Shown here in pieces: positions 48,420-58,856 of a stretch of DNA of 64,000 bases. This DNA comes from Thermoproteota archaeon. GTDB lineage: Archaea; Korarchaeota; Korarchaeia; B14-G2. The DNA is taken from positions 1 through 64,000 of the forward strand of contig JAVCBW010000025.1 of NCBI GenBank assembly GCA_037917675.1, given 5' to 3'. Within the stretch, counting starts at the first letter, position 1. Every line of letters begins with the position of its first letter. Made by a program: the position numbers and the translations under genes. The notes under the pieces were generated by a model. The model was given only the letters and a program-made list of their open reading frames with translations, did no database searches and was not told the DNA's origin.

Positions 48420-48898
48420 TCTCTCTCCCTCTCAGCTAAAAGCAGCTCAATGTGGACTAGCTGTTCTACTCTTGGTGTTGCTCTCCCAAAGGCTCTTGGG
48501 AAGTATCTGAGCAGCTTTGGACCTTTGTGAGCAGCTATCCCCTTTATGTACAGGCTGTCTGCGTCAAGTCCCTTGTTTTCAGCACTCCATACCCCGTTTT
48601 CCAGCAGTCTTAAGATTATCTTGGAGGCCTTCACAGGATATCTTCCAGACGGAGGAGCTTTAAGCCCCTTCCTGTGGCCGACTCCCTTAACATACCTCTT
48701 GAAGGGTATCGGCTTTCTGAGAGCTATCACATCCTCTAGGATTCTCCTAGCCTTCTCCACGCCCATTCCCTTTATGAATCTACAGAGCTCTACACACTCC
48801 TTATAGGAGACCCTCTGGTCTCTAACACTGACTCTGACCTCTGTATCTCCCGGCTCAGGTAGACAATAGCCGAAGCTCGGAGACATCGACTCCACCAC
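48416..48898 (-). CDS. rpl22: 50S ribosomal protein L22
   Basis: GRYPVKA and PRAFGRA motifs. Confidence 0.95.
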   Translation of the reverse strand: MVESMSPSFGYCLPEPGDTEVRVSVRDQRVSYKECVELCRFIKGMGVEKARRILEDVIALRKPIPFKRYVKGVGHRKGLKAPPSGRYPVKASKIILRLLENGVWSAENKGLDADSLYIKGIAAHKGPKLLRYFPRAFGRATPRVEQLVHIELLLAERERE

Positions 48899-48939
48899 TT
48901 TATGTTTAGAGAGCTGCTTACCTCTTAGCTAGAAGTAGT

Positions 48940-49320
48940 GTGACAGTATTGCTTTTTAACTTAACTTACCCTATAAACTTGGAGCATAGTGAGGGGGGGC
49001 TCTTGAAGCTCCTGAACACAGCATGCGATCCATCATGTGAGTACTTTAGATGTGAGAGAAGAGCAATGGTCAAGCGTAGGGGAAATCCAAGGATAATGTG
49101 CGCGTATATTGGAGACGAGTGCATGGCAGGTAGATGCCAATATGCTTTTTGTAAGTACTTCGCACTCCTTCCAAGTGGCGAGTGTAAGAGGAAGATGAAG
49201 AGTAGCAGTAAGGTGCCTGCTAAAAGAGGGAGACAGGAGCCTAAGGAAGCGAAACTTGAGGAGAAGGCTCTTAGTATGCTTAGGAAGAAGGTAGGTAGAT
49301 CAGCTCCAGAGCTTGAGTAA
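48940..49320 (+). CDS. Cys-rich basic hypothetical protein
   Basis: CxxxCxxxxC...CxxxxxxCxxxxCxxxxC...C pattern; the real start is probably ~48982-49003. Confidence 0.7.
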   Translation: MTVLLFNLTYPINLEHSEGGLLKLLNTACDPSCEYFRCERRAMVKRRGNPRIMCAYIGDECMAGRCQYAFCKYFALLPSGECKRKMKSSSKVPAKRGRQEPKEAKLEEKALSMLRKKVGRSAPELE

Positions 49321-49321
49321 T

Positions 49322-50179
49322 CTATACCCTCCTCTTTTTATACAGCATCGCTAGTACAGCGTTCACAGCTACCAGGACGATGGTCATGGCAGCCATGAAG
49401 GCTGAGGTCAGCGCGCTTCTTGGAGGTTTAAGAACTACCTCATATGGCTCTATCTCAGCTCCAGTATACAGCCAGTCTATTCTACTAAACCTCAGAGAAT
49501 AGGGCTTTGGGCTAACAGTTACCAGCTTGTACTCTGGTGATGGAAGCACTAAGGATAGCTTTGCTACAGCTGGAGCCGGCAGGAACCTGAGGACCGGATT
49601 CAAAGATATCTTATACTCCCCATTTCTCTCTTCTGTAATCCCCTTCTTAATCTTCAAGTAAATGGAGAAATCCATCATTAGAGTATAGTTGAACTCTACA
49701 CCTGTGTAGATCAGATAGAGCACCTCTAGCCTCTCAATAGCAACCCCATCAAGCTCTTCAGAGAATATCCTGTACCTTGAAGATATCCTGATGGTGTTTG
49801 TATCGCTGTCATATGCTACATCTATCTGAGAGAGCTCTCCTACCGGAAGGTAAAATCTCTTGATCAGGTTTAGAGCATGAATGTTTGTTATGCTCTCTGC
49901 CAGCTTCTCCATATATTCTCGTGGCTTAGCTCCTGCTACAGGAACTATCGCAAGACCATAGTATCCTTCAAGCCCCAATGCTGCCTCTTTAAGGAGAATA
50001 AATCCCTGGTACTCTAATGAAGGATCTTGAGCTAAAACGTATAGGGGAAAACGGATAGTTCCATTACATACTGCACTACCATCATCATCTAGGTAGATGT
50101 TGACAGCAGGATATATAGGCCTAGGCTGAGCTACAGATAATACCCCAGAGACTATGATGGTGAGAGCTATAGATGCCAT
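49322..50179 (-). CDS. Secreted/membrane-anchored hypothetical protein
   Basis: Signal peptide MASIALTIIVSGVLSVA and a C-terminal TM followed by KKRR. Confidence 0.7.
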   Translation of the reverse strand: MASIALTIIVSGVLSVAQPRPIYPAVNIYLDDDGSAVCNGTIRFPLYVLAQDPSLEYQGFILLKEAALGLEGYYGLAIVPVAGAKPREYMEKLAESITNIHALNLIKRFYLPVGELSQIDVAYDSDTNTIRISSRYRIFSEELDGVAIERLEVLYLIYTGVEFNYTLMMDFSIYLKIKKGITEERNGEYKISLNPVLRFLPAPAVAKLSLVLPSPEYKLVTVSPKPYSLRFSRIDWLYTGAEIEPYEVVLKPPRSALTSAFMAAMTIVLVAVNAVLAMLYKKRRV

Positions 50180-50256
50180 CAACTTCACGAAACTACCACC
50201 GCAAGCAGTTTTATCATAAGATATTAAAAGCATTGGGCAGGGTATGATGCTGCGTT

Positions 50257-50281
50257 TGTAGCATTTAAATACTTTGCTACA
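50257..50281 (+). promoter_or_regulatory. Inverted repeat TGTAGCA/TGCTACA bracketing a TTTAAATA box upstream of IS607 tnpA
   Basis: Directly visible; the regulatory function is inferred. Confidence 0.35.
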
Positions 50282-50285
50282 TCTC

Positions 50286-50940
50286 ATGAAGCAAAATTTG
50301 AAGTTACTTAGGACTGGGAGAGTAGCAGAGATACTTGGAGCGAACAGGGTTACGGTGATTAGGTGGGTCAAGCAAGGTAGGATTAAGGCTGCGAGGATTG
50401 GCAGGGAGTTTAGAATTCCAGAAGATGAAGCCAGAGGGTTACTTAAAGGCAAGATTACCAACACAGCAGCCATCTGTGCAAGAGCTTCTTCATCAGGCAG
50501 AAAAAGCTATTTGGAAAAGCAAGTTGAACACTTGAAGGAGTATTGACCAGCTAAGGGATACAATGTCATTGATGTTTTAACAGGCGTTGCATCAGGTTTA
50601 AACAAAAGGCGTAGAGGATAAAAAATTGTTTGGTATGTTGTGAATGGAAAAGTTGACGTTATAGTTATTAGCTATGAGGATAAGCTTACAGGTTTAGATT
50701 CAGATATTTAGAAGAGTCCTTTAATTCTCATGAAGTTAGGATTGAGGCTGTATCTTGGTGAAGAACCTAAAAGCTTGCAACAAGAACTTATCGAAGACAT
50801 GATTGCCATTGTAACCTCATTTGCTGGAGGGTTATATGGAATGAGAGGCCGCAAAAAGAAAGAAATGATTGAGATATTCAAATAAGCGGTTAGAGACTGT
50901 TAGGCTCACAGCGAGGTTTTAAGCTCTCAAACTTCTTAAG
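50286..50940 (+). mobile_element. Degenerate IS607-family element: tnpA serine-recombinase pseudogene plus a possible tnpB start remnant
   Basis: MerR-type HTH, CARASS (from YARVSS), VASGLN..R, QELIEDMIAIVTSFAGGLYGMR with stops and frameshifts; followed by an ETVRLTARF remnant. Confidence 0.85.
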
Positions 50941-51029
50941 CATCTTTATAACTTTGCTCTTCAACCTCTAGGGTAAGTATTTATCGCTTAGATAGCTTTC
51001 AATGTCTTTAAGCCTCCTCCTAACCCATC

Positions 51030-51338
51030 CTACGTCTCCGTTCTTAAGGCTAGCTTAAGCTCTCCCTCGAGCACTTTTAAATGGTATTCGTAGACGGCTT
51101 CAGGGTTTTCAACTATAACCCTTGAAGTAATCCTTAAACCCTTCCCTTTAAGGTATTCTATTTCGAGGAGCTCGTGGAAGAGCAGGTAATCGTTCGATAA
51201 TGCTTCCTCGAGCGAGTAGGCGTCTTCCTCGTAGGTTTCGGCGGTTAAGTACACATAGACCTCTTCAAGGGAAACGTTAAACTTCCTCCTAACCCTCTCC
51301 GATAATTTACCTACCCGCTTCTTAAACCTCTCTCCCAT
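51030..51338 (-). CDS. Hypothetical protein (accessory)
   Basis: ATG 51338 with a GGAGA SD; composition looks more CpG-rich than its neighbours. Confidence 0.5.
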   Translation of the reverse strand: MGERFKKRVGKLSERVRRKFNVSLEEVYVYLTAETYEEDAYSLEEALSNDYLLFHELLEIEYLKGKGLRITSRVIVENPEAVYEYHLKVLEGELKLALRTET

Positions 51339-51453
51339 ATCATCTCCTGCCGCGATGACACTTACATAACTAGTAATTGGGTGACACAAAAGTTATAGAT
51401 GTGGCGGCGGCTCGCAAAAGCTATAAATACAGTGGAAAACCGAAACGATTTCT

Positions 51454-52599
51454 GTGAGAGTGCTGATAGTCTCCACGTATCCTCCACAGAGATGTGGCAT
51501 TGCAGAGTACACTAAGGCCTTAGCTAGAGAGCTGTCTGAGAAGCATAATGTTGAAGTCGCGGTGTTTGCTGAGAAGAGGGAGTGGATCAAAAAGCAAGTG
51601 ACATTGGATAGTGGAGTGCTTGTAGTTAGAGGCTGGAGTAGGAATGGTAGAGTAGATTTACTTAGAGCCTTAAGATTACTTGTCTCCTTTAGGCCAGACA
51701 TAGTACATATCCAACATGAGTATGGGCTCTTTAGGAATAGAGTAGCATTCATATTAAGTCTCCTCTTCCTCAAGCTTTTGAGAATCAAAGTTGTTATAAC
51801 ATTTCACACAGTATGTGATGTTTCGCAGATGATTAGAAAGAGAATAAAGCCTACTTGGGATAAAGTGGTCAGTAAACTAGCTGATGCAGCAGTAGTGCAT
51901 ACTAGGCAATCAGCTAGGCTTCTGAGAGCATATGGGTGGGATAGGAATAAGTGTGCTGTGATAAAGCATGGAGCCATTGAGGTGAGGAGTATTGAAGACG
52001 AGGAGAACCATAAAGAGGTGAATATACTATTTATGGGGTTCATAACCCCCAGGAAAGGCATCGAACTCATCATAGATGCGCTTTCGAAGCTTAGAGAAGA
52101 TGGTGTTGGAAACTGGTTTTTTACTGTAGCAGGCTCCCTCCATCCAGCTTCTCTGAGGAGAGACCTACCATATCTGAGAACTTTGATGGAAAGGACAGCT
52201 AAGCTCAACTTAGAGGAAAAAGTAAAGTTCATAATCGAATACTTGAGCCATGATAAAATAGGAGAGCTGCTAAGGAAAGCTGACATAGTCGTGCTACCCT
52301 ATAGGGAACTATATGGTGCAAGTGGCATCTTGAGGCTTGCAGCATCATATAGGAAGCTTGTAATCGTATCTGATGTCGGAGAGCTCTCAGAGGAGGTAGT
52401 GGATATGGTGAATGGGTTAATATTCAAGGCAGGAGACTCAGAGGAGCTTACTAGGAAGCTTAAGCTGGCTATCTTAGATGGAAACCTGAGGAGAAAGCTT
52501 GGACGACAGTTATATGCTACTGTAGCTGCTAGAAGCACCTGGAGAAACATGGCTGAGCTGACTATGGATGTCTATGAGAGAGTTCTCACAGGAGGCTAG
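51454..52599 (+). CDS. GT4-family glycosyltransferase
   Basis: STYPPQRCGIAEY, HIQHEYG, FMGFI..RKG and DIVVLPY motifs. Confidence 0.9.
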   Translation: MRVLIVSTYPPQRCGIAEYTKALARELSEKHNVEVAVFAEKREWIKKQVTLDSGVLVVRGWSRNGRVDLLRALRLLVSFRPDIVHIQHEYGLFRNRVAFILSLLFLKLLRIKVVITFHTVCDVSQMIRKRIKPTWDKVVSKLADAAVVHTRQSARLLRAYGWDRNKCAVIKHGAIEVRSIEDEENHKEVNILFMGFITPRKGIELIIDALSKLREDGVGNWFFTVAGSLHPASLRRDLPYLRTLMERTAKLNLEEKVKFIIEYLSHDKIGELLRKADIVVLPYRELYGASGILRLAASYRKLVIVSDVGELSEEVVDMVNGLIFKAGDSEELTRKLKLAILDGNLRRKLGRQLYATVAARSTWRNMAELTMDVYERVLTGG

Positions 52600-52653
52600 C
52601 ATGACAGACTGCAAGGTTTTAATTGTAGCGAGCAAGATAGCTTATGATCAGCT

Positions 52654-55176
52654 TTGGTGGAAGGTTACCTGTTATCCGTATGCTATGACAGAGATCTAGA
52701 GGTGGCAGCAGCTAAGCTTTACATTGAGGAGGAAAAACAGGTTAGGATTGTCCACTTGAACAGAGACCATAGACCCTACCTACTGACCAATGTCCCTCCC
52801 GAGAAGCTCAGTAAAATGCCTGAGATAGTTGGGCATAAGGGATTTCTGAGGGTTGAGAAGGTTATCAAGCATGACATTCTCAGAGACGCTGATGTAGTGC
52901 TAACTAAGGTCGTAGCAAAGGATCCTCTTGCCATAGGAGGCAGAGCTGAAAGCCTTCGAGAGATCATCAAGAGAATTTCACCTGAAGCTAAGGTATGGGA
53001 AGCTGATATAAAGTACAGAAACTGCTACATCTATGATAAGCTCCTAATACCTGGCATGAGATACAAGCTGGCTGGAGACGGGGAGCTCGAGCTGATAAAG
53101 CCTGAAATAAGCAGAGACAGGATAGAGCACATCCTCAGCAGGCTTGAAGATAGAGATGATGAGGCGCTCCAAGTTGCAAAGGAGATAGTGACGATTCTTG
53201 AGGAGGAAGCTCCAAGCATGGAAGCACTTGCAATGGACATAGAAGTAGAGACCACGCAGTATAATGTGATACCAGATCCTAAGGAAGCTGAGCAGAGAGT
53301 AATTGCTATTGGACTAGCATCGAGCGAGGGTAAGCCTCCTAAGATCCTACTGCTAGCAAAAAGCCAAGATCTAGATGAAAGTTACATTGAGCAGAGTAGC
53401 ATGTTAAGAGAAGCTGAGATAATTACTTATGCCGATGAGAAGACACTGATAATGGAGCTTCTTAGAACTCTCGAGAACACACCTCTCTTAGTCACATTCA
53501 ATGGAACAAACTTCGACCTGCCTTATCTGAGGCATAGAGCACAGAAACTTGGGATTCCTGAAAGTGATATCCCAATAGTAGCTAAAAGAGATCATTATAC
53601 TCTTAAGAAGGGAGTTCACATAGATCTTCATAGAGTGTTCAGCAATAAATCTCTAAAGAACTATGTGTATGCTGGGAAGTATAGGGAGGTAAGCTTAGAT
53701 TCGGTTTCACAAGCCCTGCTTGGAGAAAAGAAGAGGACTCCACCTAAGGAGTTCAAGACAGAAACGATAACAAGAATAGCAGAATACTGTCTCTATGACA
53801 CACTGCTCACACTTAGGCTCTTCACATATAGGAATAACATGCTACTTAAGCTTCTGTTCCTGTTCATGAGGATATCGAAGCTTTCAATGGAGGATGTAGC
53901 TAATACGGGGATATCTAACTGGATAAAAAATATGATGTACTTTGAGCTTAGAAGGAGAGGATATCTCATCCCAACGCCGGAAGAAGTGTTGAATAAAGGC
54001 AGAACAGTCACCACAGCTAGGATAAAGGGGAAGAAGTATCTTGGGGCTATAGTCATAAAGCCTAGGCCTGGTGCTTTCTTCAATGTTGCATGCTTAGACT
54101 TTGCTAGCCTGTATCCGAGCATAATAAGAAAGTATAGGATAAGTTTTGAGACAATAAATTGCCCTCATCACGAATGTAAGAGCAATAGGATACCTGAGGT
54201 AAACCACTGGGTCTGCAGGAAAGTAAGGGGGATCTTCCCTCTCATAATAGGCATACTTAGAGACATAAGAGTTGGATGGTATAAGAGTGCTAGTAAGAAT
54301 AAGGAGCTTCCAGAAGACAGCAGGCTGTGGTATGAAGCAGTACAGCAGTCTCTGAAGGTGTTTCTAAACGCCTCCTATGGCGTGAGCGGAGCAGAGACCT
54401 ATCCGCTGTACTGCCCTCCCGCTGCTGAGAGCATAGCGGCACTTGGTAGATATGCCATACAGAGGTCTCTTGAAATAGCTAGTGTAATGGGAGTTAAAGT
54501 GCTATATGGAGACACAGATAGCTTATTCATAAAAATCAGGTCAGAAGAAGATGTGGAGAGGCTTGAGAGAGAGATAGAGTCTAAGCTTGGGATGGATCTC
54601 GAGCTTGACAAGATTTACAGATATACTGTGTTCTCAGAGAGAAAAAAGAACTATCTTGGAGTTAGTGTGGATGGCGTTGTTGACGTGAAAGGCATGACTG
54701 GGAAGAAAAGGAATACGCCCAGGTTTATAAGAGAAGCCTTCCAGCAAGCCTTAGATGAGCTGAAGAAGGTGAAGACTCCTGAAGAGCTTGAGAGAGCCAA
54801 GGCCAGGATAATTGAGATAGTTAAGGATGCAAGAAGAAAGCTCGTTGAAAGGAAGCTTGCACTTGAGGACCTAGCTTTTGAAGTTATGCTAAGCAAACCC
54901 CTTGACAAGTATGAGAAGACTACCCCACAGCATGTCAAAGCAGCTAAGATGCTTCAGGAGAGGGGGGAAATCATAGCTACCGGGAAGATAATAGCATATG
55001 TGAAGACGAAAACAAGAGAGGGAGTGAAGCCTATAGAGCTAGCAACCATCGATGAGATCGATGTAGAGAAGTATGAGGAGTACTTGTTCAGCACATTTGA
55101 GCAGCTTCTTGACGCCCTTGGAATAGACTATGAGATACTAAGAGCGAAAACAGCTACCTTAGACCAGTTTTTCTAG
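52654..55176 (+). CDS. DNA polymerase B1
   Basis: DIEV exonuclease I, FNGTNFD, DFASLYPSII, NASYGV, YGDTDS and KKNY motifs; no intein. Confidence 0.93.
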   Translation: MVEGYLLSVCYDRDLEVAAAKLYIEEEKQVRIVHLNRDHRPYLLTNVPPEKLSKMPEIVGHKGFLRVEKVIKHDILRDADVVLTKVVAKDPLAIGGRAESLREIIKRISPEAKVWEADIKYRNCYIYDKLLIPGMRYKLAGDGELELIKPEISRDRIEHILSRLEDRDDEALQVAKEIVTILEEEAPSMEALAMDIEVETTQYNVIPDPKEAEQRVIAIGLASSEGKPPKILLLAKSQDLDESYIEQSSMLREAEIITYADEKTLIMELLRTLENTPLLVTFNGTNFDLPYLRHRAQKLGIPESDIPIVAKRDHYTLKKGVHIDLHRVFSNKSLKNYVYAGKYREVSLDSVSQALLGEKKRTPPKEFKTETITRIAEYCLYDTLLTLRLFTYRNNMLLKLLFLFMRISKLSMEDVANTGISNWIKNMMYFELRRRGYLIPTPEEVLNKGRTVTTARIKGKKYLGAIVIKPRPGAFFNVACLDFASLYPSIIRKYRISFETINCPHHECKSNRIPEVNHWVCRKVRGIFPLIIGILRDIRVGWYKSASKNKELPEDSRLWYEAVQQSLKVFLNASYGVSGAETYPLYCPPAAESIAALGRYAIQRSLEIASVMGVKVLYGDTDSLFIKIRSEEDVERLEREIESKLGMDLELDKIYRYTVFSERKKNYLGVSVDGVVDVKGMTGKKRNTPRFIREAFQQALDELKKVKTPEELERAKARIIEIVKDARRKLVERKLALEDLAFEVMLSKPLDKYEKTTPQHVKAAKMLQERGEIIATGKIIAYVKTKTREGVKPIELATIDEIDVEKYEEYLFSTFEQLLDALGIDYEILRAKTATLDQFF

Positions 55177-55607
55177 CGTACTCCTATGGGTATGTAGGGC
55201 TCCTTTATGCTCCTCTCCTCCCGCTTCCTAAACTTTATTCCATACTGTATTATCCCACTTTTTCCATTAACCCTAACTTTCCTGAAGCAAGCCTCTAGCT
55301 CCATACCTACTCTCAGCTCACTTGGAGGAATATCAGTTATCTGACCAATAACTTTGACACCATCTATCTCCACAAGGCCTATAGCATATGGTGTCTGCAG
55401 CTCAAATCCCTTTGGTGGGAAGTAAATGACGCTGTAACTTATCAGCTTACCCCTCCTTGGAAGCTTTATCCTCTTCATCTCTTTAGACTTACAGTTTGGG
55501 CAGATAATCCTTGGAGGATAAAACTTGCTACCACATTTCTCACATAAGGATGCTTCCAGCCTATACCTGTAAGGTATTTCTCTCCAGTATCTTGGAGCCG
55601 AGGACAT
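55173..55607 (-). CDS. DUF35 Zn-ribbon/OB-fold scaffold protein
   Basis: CEKCG..YPPR..CPNC; third gene of the HMGS-thiolase operon. Confidence 0.9.
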   Translation of the reverse strand: MSSAPRYWREIPYRYRLEASLCEKCGSKFYPPRIICPNCKSKEMKRIKLPRRGKLISYSVIYFPPKGFELQTPYAIGLVEIDGVKVIGQITDIPPSELRVGMELEACFRKVRVNGKSGIIQYGIKFRKREERSIKEPYIPIGVR

Positions 55608-56770
55608 TAGCCTCCCCTCTCAAAGACTATAGCAGCTGCATTTGAAGCAACTCCGCCTACACTTACCATGAGAGCTCGGCTTGGGCTGTCAACTTGGAGG
55701 CTGCCTGCCTCGCCTATCAGCTGCAGGGAAAGCTCAGCTGCCTGGTATACTCCAGTAGCTCCTATTGGATGACCTCGGGCTTTAAGTCCACCGCTTAAAT
55801 TTACAGGGATCCTTCCATCAGGCTCAAGGTCTCTGCTCTCAACGAGTTTATAAGCTTCTCCTCTCTTAGCTAGATTTAGCGCCTCCATTATCATGAATGC
55901 CATGAATGGAAATGAGTCATGTAACTCTGCAACGTCTATGTCGTCTATCGAGCAGTTGGCCATTTGAAAGGCTCTTTCAGCTGCCTTGCTTACTGCCTTC
56001 AAAAAGAGAGGGTCCTCTCTGTCCTTTATGCTTATGGCATCAGTTGCCTGACCTAGCCCTCTTATGAAAACAGGGGTATCAACCACCTTCTTAGCCTCCT
56101 TCACATTAGTGATTACGAGAGCAGCAGCACCGTCTCCTACAGGAGAGCAGTCAAGTAGTCTTATTGGATCAGCTACCAGTGGAGAATTTAGGTACTGTTC
56201 TACTGTCACAGGGAACCTAAGCTGAGCATATGGATTTTTTATTGCATTTTGATGCATAAGAGAGACAAATTCTCCAAACGCCTCCCTCTTCACTCCATAC
56301 TTCTCCATGTACATTCTCATCAATAGAGCGTTTGCAGCCTGAAATGTCACCCCATAAAACTTCTCATATTCTGCATCTAGGCAGCAGGATATTACATCAG
56401 TCACCTCGGTTGAAACTAGCTCACTCATCTTCTCAACTCCAACCAGGAGGACGGTATCATATATCCCTGAGGAAACAGCTGCAGTAGCCTGAATGAGCGC
56501 TACAGCTCCGGAGGCACAGGAGGCCTCTACCTTGACTGCTGGAGCTGGCGTTAAGGCCAGATAGTCTGCTATGAGGTCAGCTAGGCTCTCCTGATCACAG
56601 AATAGCTCAGAAGCCATATTGGATACATATATGGCATCTATCGTGGGGTTTCCTGCATCATCTAGCGCTTTAAGGCCTGCTTCTACTGCTAGCTCTCTTA
56701 TAGACTTACTCCAGTGCATTCCTACCTTAATCATGCCTAGCCCTACTATGGCAGCTAATCCTCTACCCAA
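55607..56770 (-). CDS. Acetyl-CoA acetyltransferase (thiolase)
   Basis: EASCASG, ELHDSF and SGGLKARGHPIGATG motifs. Confidence 0.92.
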   Translation of the reverse strand: MGRGLAAIVGLGMIKVGMHWSKSIRELAVEAGLKALDDAGNPTIDAIYVSNMASELFCDQESLADLIADYLALTPAPAVKVEASCASGAVALIQATAAVSSGIYDTVLLVGVEKMSELVSTEVTDVISCCLDAEYEKFYGVTFQAANALLMRMYMEKYGVKREAFGEFVSLMHQNAIKNPYAQLRFPVTVEQYLNSPLVADPIRLLDCSPVGDGAAALVITNVKEAKKVVDTPVFIRGLGQATDAISIKDREDPLFLKAVSKAAERAFQMANCSIDDIDVAELHDSFPFMAFMIMEALNLAKRGEAYKLVESRDLEPDGRIPVNLSGGLKARGHPIGATGVYQAAELSLQLIGEAGSLQVDSPSRALMVSVGGVASNAAAIVFERGG

Positions 56771-57845
56771 TGTTACCCACCTTGTCTGATGGAAGTATGA
56801 ACTTCCCTCTATGCTTTCCGTATACTGCGTAGGATACGCATCTCCTCCTTTCTATCAGGTCAGAAACAAGTGGGGCAAAGCTCTTCTTCTCTTCTATAAG
56901 CTCTGTTACAAGGATATCAAAGGCATCACTTCCAGCTCCAGACCCATATGATACGAGGAGCACACGCTCACCTGGGCTAGCATGGTCAAGAACATTGCAT
57001 AGCCCTATGAGAGCTGAGGCACTATAGGTGTTTCCTATCCTGTCTACAACTAGGCCATACTGCATTTGCTCCCTGCGGAAACCAAGTATGCTTCCTACCT
57101 TAACTGGGAATCTACCATTAGGTTGATGGAATATAACATGCTCATAGTCTCTTGGAGTAGCTCCAATCTCCTCCATTAGAGCCTTAGCTGCGCTTATGAT
57201 ATGGTGGAAATATGCGGGCTCTCCTGTAAAGGCTTCAGCATGACGGGGATATGGCTCAAACGGCCGCCTCCAGAAGTCAGGAGTGTCAGTTACATATGAT
57301 ACTGATGCGGTTATTATGGCAGCTGACTCAGCTTCCGGCCCAACTACTATAGCAGCGCTCCCTGCTGCAGCAGAGAACTCTAGGTCATCTCCAGGAGCGC
57401 CTTGCGCTGTATCCACCCCTATCGCCATGCCATAATTTATCATCCCTGATGAAACTAATGCCATACAACACTGGACAGCTTCAGTGCCTGCCTTACACGC
57501 AAACTCGAAGTCTGCAGCTAGCACCCTTGGAGTAGCACCCACAGCCTCTGCTACTATCGTGCTTGTTGGCTTAACAGCATAGGGTTTGGACTCTGTTCCA
57601 ACGAATACTGCACCTAGTAGAGAGGGATCTATTCCAGCTCTCTGGACTGCATAGTGTGCTGCCTCAACTGCCATAGTTGCAGTGTCTTCATCTATGTTCG
57701 GGACAGATTTTTCAAGTATCCTTATGCTCTTCTTCACTTTCTCCTTAGGTTTGCCCCATATGTCTGCAATCTCCTCTATCTTGATCCTAAGCCGAGGAAC
57801 ATATGCTCCCCAACCTACAATGCCGACTTTCCTAGCTGGCTTCAT
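56763..57845 (-). CDS. Hydroxymethylglutaryl-CoA synthase
   Basis: ESKPYAVKP, FACKAGT, DTPDFWRR and IGNTYS motifs. Confidence 0.93.
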   Translation of the reverse strand: MKPARKVGIVGWGAYVPRLRIKIEEIADIWGKPKEKVKKSIRILEKSVPNIDEDTATMAVEAAHYAVQRAGIDPSLLGAVFVGTESKPYAVKPTSTIVAEAVGATPRVLAADFEFACKAGTEAVQCCMALVSSGMINYGMAIGVDTAQGAPGDDLEFSAAAGSAAIVVGPEAESAAIITASVSYVTDTPDFWRRPFEPYPRHAEAFTGEPAYFHHIISAAKALMEEIGATPRDYEHVIFHQPNGRFPVKVGSILGFRREQMQYGLVVDRIGNTYSASALIGLCNVLDHASPGERVLLVSYGSGAGSDAFDILVTELIEEKKSFAPLVSDLIERRRCVSYAVYGKHRGKFILPSDKVGNIG

Positions 57846-57992
57846 CTTAATTCCCCGCTTAGCTTAGTGTAAGCCCTATAGAACCGCTGGAAAACGCTGG
57901 TATAGTTGCAATAGTTTAGTTACCCTGCTATCAGTTAGCTTTAAACTTTACCATATGCCAAAATATTATATGTTGATAGGCGAACATCAGCT

Positions 57993-58721
57993 TTAGGTGA
58001 CTAGGAGCTTACGTAGCGCACTGACAAGCTCAGCCACAGAAGGTAGCCTTGAGATTATCAGAGGAACACCCATGAGCTCCGTTAGCTCTATTGCCAGGTC
58101 GTCTGCTCTAGAAGCCCCGTGTACAACCAGCGCTCCAGGTTTTACATTAAACACCTTTATGGCAACAGCAAGTGTCCGCCCTCCAGTCTGCCTAGCATTG
58201 GTGAAAATCAATGCTCTCTGCGTCGTGACTCCGAATATGTTATAGAAGTCTTGACCTGAAAGCTCTCTAATAGCTTTGAGCGCATCTACTATCGTATATC
58301 CATATACGTGGCCATTTAGAGCACTCTTGCATGAGTATACATCTCCTGATATGATTTCAACTAGCTTCGATATTTTAACTGGGTGAGAGAACTCCTTCAT
58401 GTCGATCACAGAGGATGGAAGAGGTATAGGGGTCAATGTTTTTGCTAATAACCGGGTTACATGGCCTCCTGACTTGAGATCTGCCTCTATTAATGCGTTC
58501 ACAAATCTCTTCAGCACATAGGTTCCAGGGCTCTTCCTTCTCCCAGACTCATAGTCTGATATGACTGAGGGAGATATCTCAAGTTGCTCAGCCAGCTTAC
58601 TCTGCTGTATCCCAAAGTACTCTCTCCACCTTCTCATAGCCTTTCCTGGGCTATCAGACATCACTATGTCTCCAATTATCTTCCTAGCTACATAGTCACG
58701 GAGAACCTCTATGGAAGACAT
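57993..58721 (-). CDS. Archaeal XRE-HTH transcriptional regulator (COG1709-like)
   Basis: SPSVISDYESGRRKSPG motif. Confidence 0.88.
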   Translation of the reverse strand: MSSIEVLRDYVARKIIGDIVMSDSPGKAMRRWREYFGIQQSKLAEQLEISPSVISDYESGRRKSPGTYVLKRFVNALIEADLKSGGHVTRLLAKTLTPIPLPSSVIDMKEFSHPVKISKLVEIISGDVYSCKSALNGHVYGYTIVDALKAIRELSGQDFYNIFGVTTQRALIFTNARQTGGRTLAVAIKVFNVKPGALVVHGASRADDLAIELTELMGVPLIISRLPSVAELVSALRKLLVT

Positions 58722-58856
58722 GTTGTCCTTATTTAGGCTTACGTCGAATTAATAACTGTTTCGTATCATAGCCAAATATAGTGGAGTTTATAGTAGTAAA
58801 GATAACTTGATGCTCTCTTATTAGAGAGCCTGTAAGATAACCTATTTAAGGCATGT

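Noticed and set aside
50180-50473. N-terminal 98 aa of the 383-aa ORF 49322-50473
   Set aside because: It is antisense to IS607 tnpA; the signal peptide starts at ~50179.
52654-55176. Intein or inactivation in PolB
   Set aside because: The length is normal and the catalytic motifs are contiguous and intact.
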